NCBI RefSeq assembly: GCF_009914755.1
Contig: NC_060948.1
Source of the DNA: the human T2T-CHM13v2.0 reference genome, Homo sapiens
Reading direction: 5' to 3' (one strand)
DNA length: 64,000 bases
In this document: in pieces, positions 12,501 to 27,500 of the stretch
Numbering within the stretch: the first letter of the stretch is position 1
How the letters are laid out: each line of letters opens with the position of its first letter
The notes under the pieces: generated by a model
What the model saw: the letters and a program-made list of their open reading frames with translations, nothing else
Told to the model about the DNA's origin: nothing
Database searches by the model: none
Position numbers and translations under genes: made by a program

Positions 12501-15500
12501 TGAAATGAAATGGAATGGAATTGAATGGAAAGTAATGCAATGGAATAGAATGGAACGAAATTTCACGGAATGGAATCAAACTGAATGGAATCAAATCAAT
12601 GGAATCTAATCAAATGGAATGGAAAGGAATTGAATGGAGTAGATTGGATTGGATGGGATTGGAATGAAATCTACTGGAAAGGACTCGAATTTCATGAAAC
12701 GGAATGGAATGAATTGGAACGGAATGGACTCGAATGGAATGGAATGTCATGGAATGGCATCAAATGGAATGGCATCAAATGGAATGGAATCGAATGCAAT
12801 GGAATGTTATGGAATGGAATGGAATGCATTGGAATGGAATGTCCTCTAATGGAATGGATTCGAGTGGAATGGAATCGAATATAATGGAGTCGAATGAAAT
12901 GGAATTGAAAGGAATGGGATCGAATAGAATGGAATATACTGGAATGTAATGTAATGAACTCGAATGTAATTGACTGGAATGGAATGTACATGAATGGAAG
13001 GTAATCGAATGGAAAGTAATCCAATGGAATAGAATCTAATGCAATAAAACCGACTCAGATAGAGTAGAATGTAATGGAATGGAGTGCAGTGCAATGGAAT
13101 GGAATGGAATTGAATGCAAAGGAATGGAATGGAATGGAATGGAATGGAATGGAATGGAATGGAATGGAATGGAATGGGATGGAATGGTATGGAATGGATA
13201 GAAATGGACTGGAGTGAAATGGACTGGAAAGGAATGGACTCAAATTGAAAGGGCTCGAAAGGAATGGAGTCAAATGGAATGGTCTGGAATGGAATGAACA
13301 CGAATGTAATGCAATCCAATAGAATGGAATCGAATGGCATGGAATATAAAGAAATGGATACGAAGAGAATGGAAACAAATGGAATGGAATTGAATGGAAT
13401 GGAATTGAATGGAATGGGAACGAATGGAGTGAAATTGTATGCAGTAGAAGGGAATAGAATGGAATGCAAGCGAAAGGAAAGGAATGGATTGGAATGGAAT
13501 GGAATTCATTGGAATGGAAGGGAATGTAGTGTAATGGACAGGCCTGGAATAAAGTGGAATGCTACGGTCTCGAATGGAATAAAAATGTATGGAATGGAAT
13601 GCAATGAAACGGAATCGAATGTCATAGAATGTAATGGAATGCAACAAAATGGAATCCAAAATCATTGACTGGAAAGGCTGGGTGTCGAAAGGAATTGACT
13701 CCAATGGAATGGAATCGAATGGAATGGAAGTGAATAGAATCGAACTAAATCGAATGGAATGGAATTGATAGGAACGGAATGGAAAGGAATGCAATGATTT
13801 GGCATGGAATGGAATCGAATGGCATCGAATGGAATGGAATGGAATGCAATGGAATGGAATGTATTAGAATGTAATGAACTTTAATGGAATGTACTCGAAT
13901 GGATTCGACTGGAATGGAATGTTCTGGAAGTGAATGGACTCCAATGGAATGGATTCAAAAGGAATGGAATCGTACGGAATGGAATCTAATGGAATGGAAT
14001 TAAATGGAAATGAATCAAATTGAATAGCACGGAATTGAATTGAATGGAATGGAATGCAATGGAATCTAATGAAACGGAAAGGAAAGGAATGGAATGGAAT
14101 GGAATGGGCTGGAATGGAAAGGAATCGAAACGAATGGAATGGAATCGAACTGAAGAGACTGGAATGGAATGCACTGGAATGGAAGGGAGTGTAATGGAAG
14201 GTTCTCGAAAAAAATGGAATCGAATGGAATGGAATTGAATGGAACGGAATAGAGTCGAATGGAATTGAATGGAATGGAATGGACTAGAGTGAAATGGAAT
14301 CGAACCACAAGGAATGGAGAGGAATAGAATGGTCTCGAATTGAATGGAATCATATGGAATGGCATCAAACGGAATGGAATGGACAGCCACGGAATGGAAT
14401 GCACTCGAATGCAATGGAGTCGAAACTAATGGACTGGAATAGAATGGACTCGACTGGTACGGACTCCAATGGAATGGAATCGAATGGAAGGGAATCGAAC
14501 GGAATGGACTCGAAGGGAAAAGACTGCAATGGAAAGGTCTCGAATGGAATGGAAATTAATGGAATGGAATGGAATCGAATGAAATGGAGTCAAAAGGAAT
14601 GGAATCGAATGGCAAGAAATCGAATGTAATGGAATCGCAAGGAATTGATGTGAACGGAACGGAATGGAATGGAATCCAAAGGAATGGAATAGAATGGAAT
14701 GGAATCGAATGGAAAGGACTCGAATGGAAATCACTCGAATAGAATGCAATTTAATAAAATAGGATCAAATATAATGGAATGGAATGGAAAGGAATCGAAA
14801 CGAAAGGAATGGAGACAGATGGAATGGAATAGAACAGAGAGCAATGGTATAGAATGGAATGGAATCATCTGGAATGGAATTGAATGGAATGGAATAATAT
14901 GAAATGGAATGGAATGGAATGGAATGGAATGCCCTTGAATTAAATGGACTGGAATGGAATGGACTCGAACAGAGTGGAATGGAAAGTGTTGAGATAGAAT
15001 GGAATGGACTCCTTTGGAATGGTGTAGTATGCAATGCAATCGACTGGCAGGGAATCAAAAGGAATGTAATCGAATGGATTGGACTGGAATGCAATGGACT
15101 CGAATAGATTGCAAACAGAATGCAAAGGAATGGAATGGAATAGTATGGAATGGAATGGAAAGGAATGGAGTGGAATAGACTAGAGTGGAATGGAATGGAC
15201 TGGAAAGCAATGGACTGGAATGGAACTTTCTTGAATGGACTGGAATCAAACGGAATGGAATGCAATGCAATCAAATGGCATGGAATAAGATAGAATGAAA
15301 GAGAATCAAATGGAATTGAATCGAATGGAATCGAATGGATTGGAAAGGAATAGAATGGAATGGAATGGAATTGACTCAAATGGAATGGACTAGAATGGAA
15401 TGGATTCGAATGGAAGGCAAAGGAATGGAATCTATTGGAATGGACTGTAATGGAATGGAATGGAAGGGATTGGAATGGACTCGAATGGAATGGACTGCAA

Positions 15501-18500
15501 TAGAAAGGATTTGAATGGAATGAAAAAGAATTGAATGGAATAGAACAGAATGGAATCAAATCGAATGAAATGGAATGGAATAGAAAGGAATGGAATGAAA
15601 TGGAATGGAAAGGATTCGAATGGAATGCAATCGAATGGAATGGAATCGAACGGAATGGAATAAAATGGAAGAAAACTGGCAAGAAATGGAATCGAAATGA
15701 ATGGAGTGTTATGGAACGGACTCAAAAGGAATTGAATGTAATAGAATGGAGTGGAGTGGACTCGAATATAATGGACTGGAATGGAATGAAATCACATGGA
15801 ATGGGAACGAATGGAATGGAATGGAAAGGAATGGAATCGAATGGAAAGGAATCGAATGGAAGGGAATGAAATTGAATCAACAGGAATGGAAGGGAATAGA
15901 ATAGACGGTAATGGAATGGACTCGAATAGAATGGACACGAATGCTCAAATTGAATGGACTCGAATGGAATGGAAACGAAAGGAATGTCATCGAATGGAAT
16001 TGAATCGATTGGAATGAAATCGCATAGAATGGAGTGGAATCAAATGGAATTGAATCGAAAGGAAAGGAAGCGAATGGACTGAAATGAAATGGAATGGAAT
16101 TGAATGGAAAGTAATGCCATGGAATAGAATGGAACGAAATTTCACGGAATGGAATCAAACTGAATGGAATCAAATCAATGGAATCTAATCAAATGGAATG
16201 GAAAGGAATTGAATGGAGTAGATTGGATTGGATGGGATTGGAATGAAATGTACTGGAAAGGACTCGAATTTCATGAAACGGAATGGAATGAATTGGAACG
16301 GAATGGACTCGAATGGAATGGAATGTCATGGAATGGCATCAAATGGAATGGCATCAAATGGAATGGAATCGAATGCAATGGAATGCTATGGAATGGAATG
16401 GAATGCATTGGAATGGAATGTCCTCTAATGGAATGGATTCGAGTGGAATGGAATCGAATATAATGGAGTCGAATGAAATGGAATTGAAAGGAATGGGATC
16501 GAATAGAATGGAATATACTGGAATGTAATGTAATGAACTCGAATGTAATTGACTGGAATGGAATGTACATGAATGGAATGTAATCGAATGGAAAGTAATC
16601 CAATGGAATAGAATCTAATGCAATAAAATCGACTCAGATAGAGTAGAATGTAATGGAATGGAGTGCAGTGCAATGGAATGGAATGGAATGGAATGCAATG
16701 GAATGGAATGGAATGGAATGGAATGGAATGGAATGGAATGGAATGGGATGGAATGGTATGGAATGGTATGGAATGGATAGTAATGGACTGGAGTGAAATG
16801 GACTGGAAAGGAATGGACTCAAATTGAAAGGGCTCGAAAGGAATGGAGTCAAATGGAATGGTCTGGAATGGAATGAACACGAATGTAATGCAATCCAATA
16901 CAATGGAATCGAATGGCATGGAATATAAAGAAATGGATTCGAAGAGAATGGAAACAAATGGAATGGAATTGAATGGAATGGAATTGAATGGAATGGGAAC
17001 GAATGGAGTGAAATTGTATGCAGTAGAAGGGAATAGAATGGAATGCAAGCGAAAGGAAAGGAATGGATTGGAATGGAATGGAATTCATTGGAATGGAAGG
17101 GAATGTAGTGTAATGGACAGGCCTGGAATAAAGTGGAATGCTACGGTCTCGAATGGAATAAAAATGTATGGAATGGAATACAAAGAAACGGAATCGAATG
17201 TCATAGAATGTAATGGAATGCAACAAAATGGAATCCAAAATCATTGACTGGAAAGGCTGGGTGTCGAAAGGAATTGACTCCAATGGAATGGAATCGAATG
17301 GAATGGAAGTGAATAGAATCGAACTAAATCGAATGGAATGGAATTGATAGGAACGGAATGGAAAGGAATGCAATGATTTGGCATGGAATGGAATCGAATG
17401 GCATCGAATGGAATGGAATGGAATGCAATGGAATGGAATGTATTAGAATGTAATGAACTTTAATGGAATGTACTCGAATGGATTCGACTGGAATGGAATG
17501 TTCTGGAAGTGAATGGGCTCCTATGGAATGGATTCAAAAGGAATGGAATCGTACGGAATGGAATCTAATGGAATGGAATTAAATGGAAATGAATCAAATT
17601 GAATAGCACGGAATTGAATTGAATGGAATGGAATGCAATGGAATCTAATGAAACGGAAAGGAAAGGAATGGAATGGAATGGAATGGGCTGGAATGGAAAG
17701 GAATCGAAACGAATGGAATGGAATCGAACTGAAGAGACTGGAATGGAATGCACTGGAATGGAAGGGAGTGTAATGGAAGGTTCTCGAAAAAAATGGAATC
17801 GAATGGAATGGAATTGAATGGAACGGAATAGAGTCGAATGGAATTGAATGGAATGGAATGGACTAGAGTGAAATGGAATCAAACCACAAGGAATGGAGAG
17901 GAATAGAATGGTCTCGAATTGAATGGAATCGTATGGAATGGCATCAAACGGAATGGAATGGACAGCCACGGAATGGAATGCACTCGAATGCAATGGAGTC
18001 GAAACTAATGGACTGGAATAGAATGGACTCGACTGGTACGGACTCCAATGGAATGGAATCGAATGGAAGGGAATCGAACGGAATGGACTCGAAGGGAAAA
18101 GACTGCAATGGAAAGGTCTGGAATGGAATGGAAATTAATGGAATGGAATGGAATCGAATGAAATGGAGTCAAAAGGAATGGAATCGAATGGCAAGAAATC
18201 GAATGTAATGGAATCGCAAGGAATTGATGTGAACGGAACGGAATGGAATGGAATCCAAAGGAATGGAATAGAATGGAATGGAATCGAATGGAAAGGACTC
18301 GAATGGAAATCACTCGAATAGAATGCAATTTAATAAAATAGGATCAAATGGAATGGAATGGAATGGAAAGGAATCGAAACGAAAGGAATGGAGACAGATG
18401 GAATGGAATGGAACAGAGAGCAATGCTATAGAATGGAATGGAATCATCTGGAATGGAATTGAATGGAATGGAATAATATGAAATGGAATGGAATGGAATG

Positions 18501-21500
18501 GAATGGAATGCCCTTGAATTAAATGGACTGGAATGGAATGGACTCCAACAGAGTGGAATGGAAAGTGTTGAGATAGAATGGAATGGACTCCTTTGGAATG
18601 GTGTAGTATGCAATGCAATCGACTGGCAGGGAATCAAAAGGAATGTAATCGAATGGATTGGACTGGAATGCAATGGACTCGAATAGATTGCAAACAGAAT
18701 GCAAAGGAATGGAATGGAATAGTATGGAATGGAATGGAAAGGAATGGAGTGGAATAGACTAGAGTGGAATGGAATGGACTGGAAAGCAATGGACTGGAAT
18801 GGAACTTTCTTGAATGGACTGGAATCAAACGGAATGGAATGCAATGCAATCAAATGGCATGGAATAAAATAGAATGAAAGAGAATCAAATGGAATTGAAT
18901 CGAATGGAATCGAATGGATTGGAAAGGAATAGAATGGAATGGAATGGAATTGACTCAAATGGAATGGACTAGAATGGAATGGATTCGAATGGAAGGCAAA
19001 GGAATGGAATCTATTGGAATGGACTGTAATGGAATGGAATGGAAGGGATTGGAATGGACTCGAATGGAATGGACTGCAATAGAAAGGATTCGAATGGAAT
19101 GAAAAAGAATTGAATGGAATAGAACAGAATGGAATCTAATCGAATGAAATGGAATGGAATAGAAAGGAATGGAATGAAATGGAATGGAAAGGATTCGAAT
19201 GGAATGCAATCGAATGGAATGGAATCGAACGGAATGGAATAAAATGGAAGAAAACTGGCAAGAAATGGAATCGAAATGAATGGAGTGTTATGGAACGGAC
19301 TCAAAAGGAATTGAATGTAATAGAATGGAGTGGAGTGGACTCGAATATAATGGACTGGAATGGAATGAAATCACATGGAATGGGAACGAATGGAATGGAA
19401 TGGAAAGGAATGGAATCGAATGGAAAGGAATCGAATGGAAGGGAATGAAATTGAATCAACAGGAATGGAAGGGAATAGAATAGACGGTAATGGAATGGAC
19501 TCGAATAGAATGGACACGAATGCTCAAATTGAATGGACTCGAATGGAATGGAAACGAAAGGAATGTCATCGAATGGAATTGAATCGATTGGAATGAAATC
19601 GCATAGAATGGAGTGGAATCAAATGGAATTGAATCGAAAGGAAAGGAAGCGAATGGACTGAAATGAAATGGAATGGAATTGAATGGAAAGTAATGCAATG
19701 GAATAGAATGGAACGAAATTTCACGGAATGGAATCAAACTGAATGGAATCAAATCAATGGAATCAAATCAAATGGAATGGAAAGGAATTGAATGGAGTAG
19801 ATTGGATTGGATGGGATTGGAATGAAATGTACTGGAAAGGACTCGAATTTCATGAAACGGAATGGAATGAATTGGAACGGAATGGACTCGAATGGAATGG
19901 AATGTCATGGAATGGCATCAAATGGAATGGCATCAAATGGAATGGAATCGAATGCAATGGAATGCTATGGAATGGAATGGAATGCATTGGAATGGAATGT
20001 CCTCTAATGGAATGGATTCGAGTGGAATGGAATCGAATATAATGGAGTCGAATGAAATGGAATTGAAAGGAATGGGATCGAATACAATGGAATATACTGG
20101 AATGTAATGTAATGAACTCGAATGTAATTGACTGGAATGGAATGTACATGAATGGAATGTAATCGAATGGAAAGTAATCCAATGGAATAGAATCTAATGC
20201 AATAAAATCGACTCAGATAGAGTAGAATGTAATGGAATGGAGTGCAGTGAAATGGAATGGAATGGAATGGAATGCAATGGAATGGAATGGAATGGAATGG
20301 AATGGAATGGAATGGAATGGAATGGAATGGGATGGAATGGTATGGAATGGATAGTAATGGACTGGAGTGAAATGGACTGGAAAGGAATGGACTCAAATTG
20401 AAAGGGCTCGAAAGGAATGGAGTCAAATGGAATGGTCTGGAATGGAATGAACACGAATGTAATGCAATCCAATAGAATGGAATCGAATGGCATGGAATAT
20501 AAAGAAATGGATTCGAAGAGAATGGAAACAAATGGAATGGAATTGAATGGAATGGAATTGAATGGAATGGGAACGAATGGAGTGAAATTGTATGCAGTAG
20601 AAGGGAATAGAATGGAATGCAAGCGAAAGGAAAGGAATGGATTGGAATGGAATGGAATTCATTGGAATGGAAGGGAATGTAGTGTAATGGACAGGCCTGG
20701 AATAAAGTGGAATGCTACGGTCTCGAATGGAATAAAAATGTATGGAATGGAATACAAAGAAACGGAATCGAATGTCATAGAATGTAATGGAATGCAACAA
20801 AATGGAATCCAAAATCATTGACTGGAAAGGCTGGGTGTCGAAAGGAATTGACTCCAATGGAATGGAATCGAATGGAATGGAAGTGAATAGAATCGAACTA
20901 AATCGAATGGAATGGAATTGATAGGAACGGAATGGAAAGGAATGCAATGATTTGGCATGGAATGGAATCGAATGGCATCGAATGGAATGGAATGGAATGC
21001 AATGGAATGGAATGTATTAGAATGTAATGAACTTTAATGGAATGTACTCGAATGGATTCGACTGGAATGGAATGTTCTGGAAGTGAATGGACTCCAATGG
21101 AATGGATTCAAAAGGAATGGAATCGTACGGAATGGAATCTAATGGAATGGAATTAAATGGAAATGAATCAAATTGAATAGCACGGAATTGAATTGAATGG
21201 AATGGAATGCAATGGAATCTAATGAAACGGAAAGGAAAGGAATGGAATGGAATGGAATGGGCTGGAATGGAAAGGAATCGAAACGAATGGAATGGAATCG
21301 AACTGAAGAGACTGGAATGGAATGCACTGGAATGGAAGGGAGTGTAATGGAAGGTTCTCGAAAAAAATGGAATCGAATGGAATGGAATTGAATGGAACGG
21401 AATAGAGTCGAATGGAATTGAATGGAATGGAATGGACTAGAGTGAAATGGAATCAAACCACAAGGAATGGAGAGGAATAGAATGGTCTCGAATTGAATGG

Positions 21501-24500
21501 AATCGTATGGAATGGCATCAAACGGAATGGAATGGACAGCCACGGAATGGAATGCACTCGAATGCAATGGAGTCGAAACTAATGGACTGGAATAGAATGG
21601 ACTCGACTGGTACGGACTCCAATGGAATGGAATCGAATGGAAGGGAATCGAACGGAATGGACTCGAAGGGAAAAGACTGCAATGGAAAGGTCTCGAATGG
21701 AATGGAAATTAATGGAATGGAATGGAATCGAATGAAATGGAGTCAAAAGGAATGGAATCGAATGGCAACAAATCGAATGTAATGGAATCGCAAGGAATTG
21801 ATGTGAACGGAACGGAATGGAATGGAATCCAAAGGAATGGAATAGAATGGAATGGAATCGAATGGAAAGGACTCGAATGGAAATCACTCGAATAGAATGC
21901 AATTTAATAAAATAGGATCAAATGTAATGGAATGGAATGGAAAGGAATCGAAACGAAAGGAATGGAGACAGATGGAATGGAATAGAACAGAGAGCAATGG
22001 TATGGAATGGAATGGAATCATCTGGAATGGAATTGAATGGAATGGAATAATATGAAATGGAATGGAATGGAATGGAATGGAATGGAATGCCCTTGAATTA
22101 AATGGACTGGAATGGAATGGACTCGAACAGAGTGGAATGGAAAGTGTTGAGATAGAATGGAATGGACTCCTTTGGAATGGTGTAGTATGCAATGCAATCG
22201 ACTGGCAGGGAATCAAAAGGAATGTAATGGAATTGACTGGACTGGAATGCAATGGACTCGAATAGATTGGAAACGGAATGCAAAGAAATGGAATGGAATA
22301 GTATGGAATGGAATGGAAAGGAATGGAGTGGAATAGACTACAGTGGAATGGAATGGACTGGAAAGCAATGGACTGGAATGGAACTTTCTTGAATGGACTG
22401 GAATCAAACGGAATGGAATGCAATGCAATCAAATGGCATGGAATAAAATAGAATGAAAGAGAATCAAATGGAATTGAATCGAATGGAATCGAATGGATTG
22501 GAAAGGAATAGAATGGAATGGAATGGAATTGACTCAAATGGAATGGACTAGAATGGAATGGATTCGAATGGAAGGCAAAGGAATGGAATCTATTGGAATG
22601 GACTGTAATGGAATGGAATGGAAGGGATTGGAATGGACTCGAATGGAATGGACTGCAATAGAAAGGATTCGAATGGAATGAAAAAGAATTGAATGGAAAA
22701 GAACAGAATGGAATCAAATCGAATGAAATGGAATGGAATAGAAAGGAATGGAATGAAATGGAATGGAAAGGATTCGAATGGAATGCAATCGAATGGAATG
22801 GAATCGAACGGAATGGAATAAAATGGAAGAAAACTGGCAAGAAATGGAATCGAAATGAATGGAGTGTTATGGAACGGACTCAAAAGGAATTGAATGTAAT
22901 AGAATGGAGTGGAGTGGACTCGAATATAATGGACTGGAATGGAATGAAATCACATGGAATGGGAACGAATGGAATGGAATGGAAAGGAATGGAATCGAAT
23001 GGAAAGGAATCGAATGGAAGGGAATGAAATTGAATCAACAGGAATGGAAGGGAATAGAATAGACGGTAATGGAATGGACTCGAATAGAATGGACACGAAT
23101 GCTCAAATTGAATGGACTCGAATGGAATGGAAACGAAAGGAATGTCATCGAATGGAATTGAATCGATTGGAATGAAATCGCATAGAATGGAGTGGAATCA
23201 AATGGAATTGAATCGAAAGGAAAGGAAGCGAATGGACTGAAATGAAATGGAATGGAATTGAATGGAAAGTAATGCAATGGAATAGAATGGAACGAAATTT
23301 CACGGAATGGAATCAAACTGAATGGAATCAAATCAATGGAATCAAATCAAATGGAATGGAAAGGAATTGAATGGAGTAGATTGGATTGGATGGGATTGGA
23401 ATGAAATGTACTGGAAAGGACTCGAATTTCATGAAACGGAATGGAATGAATTGGAACGGAATGGACTCGAATGGAATGGAATGTCATGGAATGGCATCAA
23501 ATGGAATGGCATCAAATGGAATGGAATCGAATGCAATGGAATGCTATGGAATGGAATGGAATGCATTGGAATGGAATGTCCTCTAATGGAATGGATTCGA
23601 GTGGAATGGAATCGAATATAATGGAGTCGAATGAAATGGAATTGAAAGGAATGGGATCGAATACAATGGAATATACTGGAATGTAATGTAATGAACTCGA
23701 ATGTAATTGACTGGAATGGAATGTACATGAATGGAATGTAATCGAATGGAAAGTAATCCAATGGAATAGAATCTAATGCAATAAAATCGACTCAGATAGA
23801 GTAGAATGTAATGGAATGGAGTGCAGTGCAATGGAATGGAATGGAATGGAATGCAATTGAATGGAATGGAATGGAATGGAATGGAATGGAATGGAATGGG
23901 ATGGAATGGTATGGAATGGATAGTAATGGACTGGAGTGAAATGGACTGGAAAGGAATGGACTCAAATTGAAAGGGCTCGAAAGGAATGGAGTCAAATGGA
24001 ATGGTCTGGAATGGAATGAACACGAATGTAATGCAATCCAATAGAATGGAATCGAATGGCATGGAATATAAAGAAATGGAATCGGAGAGAATGGAAACAA
24101 ATGGAATGGAATTGAATGGAATGGAATTGAATGGAATGGGAACGAATGGAGTGAAATTGTATGCAGTAGAAGGGAATAGAATGGAATGCAAGCGAAAGGA
24201 AAGGAATGGATTGGAATGGAATGGAATTCATTGGAATGGAAGGGAATGTAGTGTAATGGACAGGCCTGGAATAAAGTGGAATGCTACGGTCTCGAATGGA
24301 ATAAAAATGTATGGAATGGAATGCAATGAAATGGAATCGAATGTCATAGAATGAAATGGAATGCAACAAAATGGAATCCAAAATCATTGACTGGAAAGGC
24401 TGGGTGTCGAAAGGAATTGACTCCAATGGAATGGAATCGAATGGAATGGAAGTGAATAGAATCGAACTAAATCGAATGGAATGGAATTGATAGGAACGGA

Positions 24501-27500
24501 ATGGAAAGGAATGCAATGATTTGGCATGGAATGGAATCGAATGGCATCGAATGGAATGGAATGGAATGCAATGGAATGGAATGTATTAGAATGTAATGAA
24601 CTTTAATGGAATGTACTCGAATGGATTCGACTGGAATGGAATGTTCTGGAAGTGAATGGACTCCAATGGAATGGATTCCAAAGGAATGGAATCGTACGGA
24701 ATGGAATCTAATGGAATGGAATTAAATGGAAATGAATCAAATTGAATAGCACGGAATTGAATTGAATGGAATGGAATGCAATGGAATCTAATGAAACGGA
24801 AAGGAAAGGAATGGAATGGAATGGAATGGGCTGGAATGGAAAGGAATCGAAACGAATGGAATGGAATCGAACTGAAGAGACTGGAATGGAATGCACTGGA
24901 ATGGAAGGGAGTGTAATGGAAGGTTCTCGAAAAAAATGGAATCGAATGGAATGGAATTGAATGGAACGGAATAGAGTCGAATGGAATTGAATGGAATGGA
25001 ATGGACTAGAGTGAAATGGAATCGAACCACAAGGAATGGACAGGAATAGAATGGTCTCGAATTGAATGGAATCGTATGGAATGGCATCAAACGGAATGGA
25101 ATGGACAGCCACGGAATGGAATGCACTCGAATGCAATGGAGTCGAAACTAATGGACTGGAATAGAATGGACTCGACTGGTATGGACTCCAATGGAATGGA
25201 ATCGAATGGAAGGGAATCGAACGGAATGGACTCGAAGGGAAAAGACTGCAATGGAAAGGTCTCGAATGGAATGGAAATTAATGGAATGGAATGGAATCGA
25301 ATGAAATGGAGTCAAAAGGGATGGAATCGAATGGCAAGAAATCGAATGTAATGGAATCGCAAGGAATTGATGTGAACGGAACGGAATGGAATGGAATCCA
25401 AAGGAATGGAATAGAATGGAATGGAATCGAATGGAAAGGACTCGAATGGAAATCACTCGAATAGAATGCAATTTAATAAAATAGGATCAAATGTAATGGA
25501 ATGGAATGGAAAGGAATCGAAACGAAAGGAATGGAGACAGATGGAATGGAATGGAACAGAGAGCAATGGTATAGAATGGAATGGAATCATCTGGAATGGA
25601 ATTGAATGGAATGGAATAATATGAAATGGAATGGAATGGAATGGAATGGAATGGAATGCCCTTGAATTAAATGGACTGGAATGGAATGGACTCGAACAGA
25701 GTGGAATGGAAAGTGTTGAGATAGAATGGAATGGACTCCTTTGGAATGGTGTAGTATGCAATGCAATCGACTGGCAGGGAATCAAAAGGAATGTAATGGA
25801 ATGGACTGGACTGGAATGCAATGGACTCGAATAGATTGGAAACGGAATGCAAAGAAATGGAATGGAATAGTATGGAATGGAATGGAAAGGAATGGAGTGG
25901 AATAGACTAGAGTGGAATGGAATGGACTGGAAAGCAATGGACTGGAATGGAACTTTCTTGAATGGACTGGAATCAAACGGAATGGAATGCAATGCAATCC
26001 AATGGCATGGAATAAAATAGAATGAAAGAGAATCAAATGGAATTGAATCGAATGGAATCGAATGGATTGGAAAGGAATAGAATGGAATGGAATGGAATGG
26101 ACTCAAATGGAATGGACTAGAATGGAATGGATTCGAATGGAAGGCAAAGGAATGGAATCTATTGGAATGGACTGTAATGGAATGGAATGGAAGGGATTGG
26201 AATGGACTCGAATGGAATGGACTGCAATAGAAAGGATTCGAATGGAATGAAAAAGAATTGAATGGAATAGAACAGAATGGAATCAAATCGAATGAAATGG
26301 AATGGAATAGAAAGGAATGGAATGAAATGGAATGGAAAGGATTCGAATGGAATGCAATCGAATGGAATGGAATCGAACGGAATGGAATAAAATGGAAGAA
26401 AACTGGCAAGAAATGGAATCGAAATGAATGGAGTGTTATGGAACGGACTCAAAAGGAATTGAATGTAATAGAATGGAGTGGAGTGGACTCGAATATAATG
26501 GACTGGAATGGAATGAAATCACATGGAATGGGAACGAATGGAATGGAATGGAAAGGAATGGAATCGAATGGAAAGGAATCGAATGGAAGGGAATGAAATT
26601 GAATCAACAGGAATGGAAGGGAATAGAATAGACGGTAATGGAATGGACTCGAATAGAATGGACACGAATGCTCAAATTGAATGGACTCGAATGGAATGGA
26701 AACGAAAGGAATGTCATCGAATGGAATTGAATCGATTGGAATGAAATCGCATAGAATGGAGTGGAATCAAATGGAATTGAATCGAAAGGAAAGGAAGCGA
26801 ATGGACTGAAATGAAATGGAATGGAATTGAATGGAAAGTAATGCAATGGAATAGAATGGAACGAAATTTCACGGAATGGAATCAAACTGAATGGAATCAA
26901 ATCAATGGAATCAAATCAAATGGAATGGAAAGGAATTGAATGGAGTAGATTGGATTGGATGGGATTGGAATGAAATGTACTGGAAAGGACTCGAATTTCA
27001 TGAAACGGAATGGAATGAATTGGAACGGAATGGACTCGAATGGAATGGAATGTCATGGAATGGCATCAAATGGAATGGCATCAAATGGAATAGAATCGAA
27101 TGCAATGGAATGCTATGGAATGGAATGGAATGCATTGGAATGGAATGTCCTCTAATGGAATGGATTCGAGTGGAATGGAATCGAATATAATGGAGTCGAA
27201 TGAAATGGAATTGAAAGGAATGGGATCGAATACAATGGAATATACTGGAATGTAATGTAATGAACTCGAATGTAATTGACTGGAATGGAATGTACATGAA
27301 TGGAATGTAATCGAATGGAAAGTAATCCAATGGAATAGAATCTAATGCAATAAAATCGACTCAGATAGAGTAGAATGTAATGGAATGGAGTGCAGTGCAA
27401 TGGAATGGAATGGAATGGAATGCAATTGAACGGAATGGAATGGAATGGAATGGAATGGAATGGGATGGAATGGTATGGAATGGATAGTAATGGACTGGAG

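Noticed and set aside
12602-12612. DUX4-like site GAATCTAATCA (variant units) and AGATTGGATTG
   Set aside because: Both mismatch the TAAYYYAATCA core, and the first is polymorphic between units. Too weak to call.
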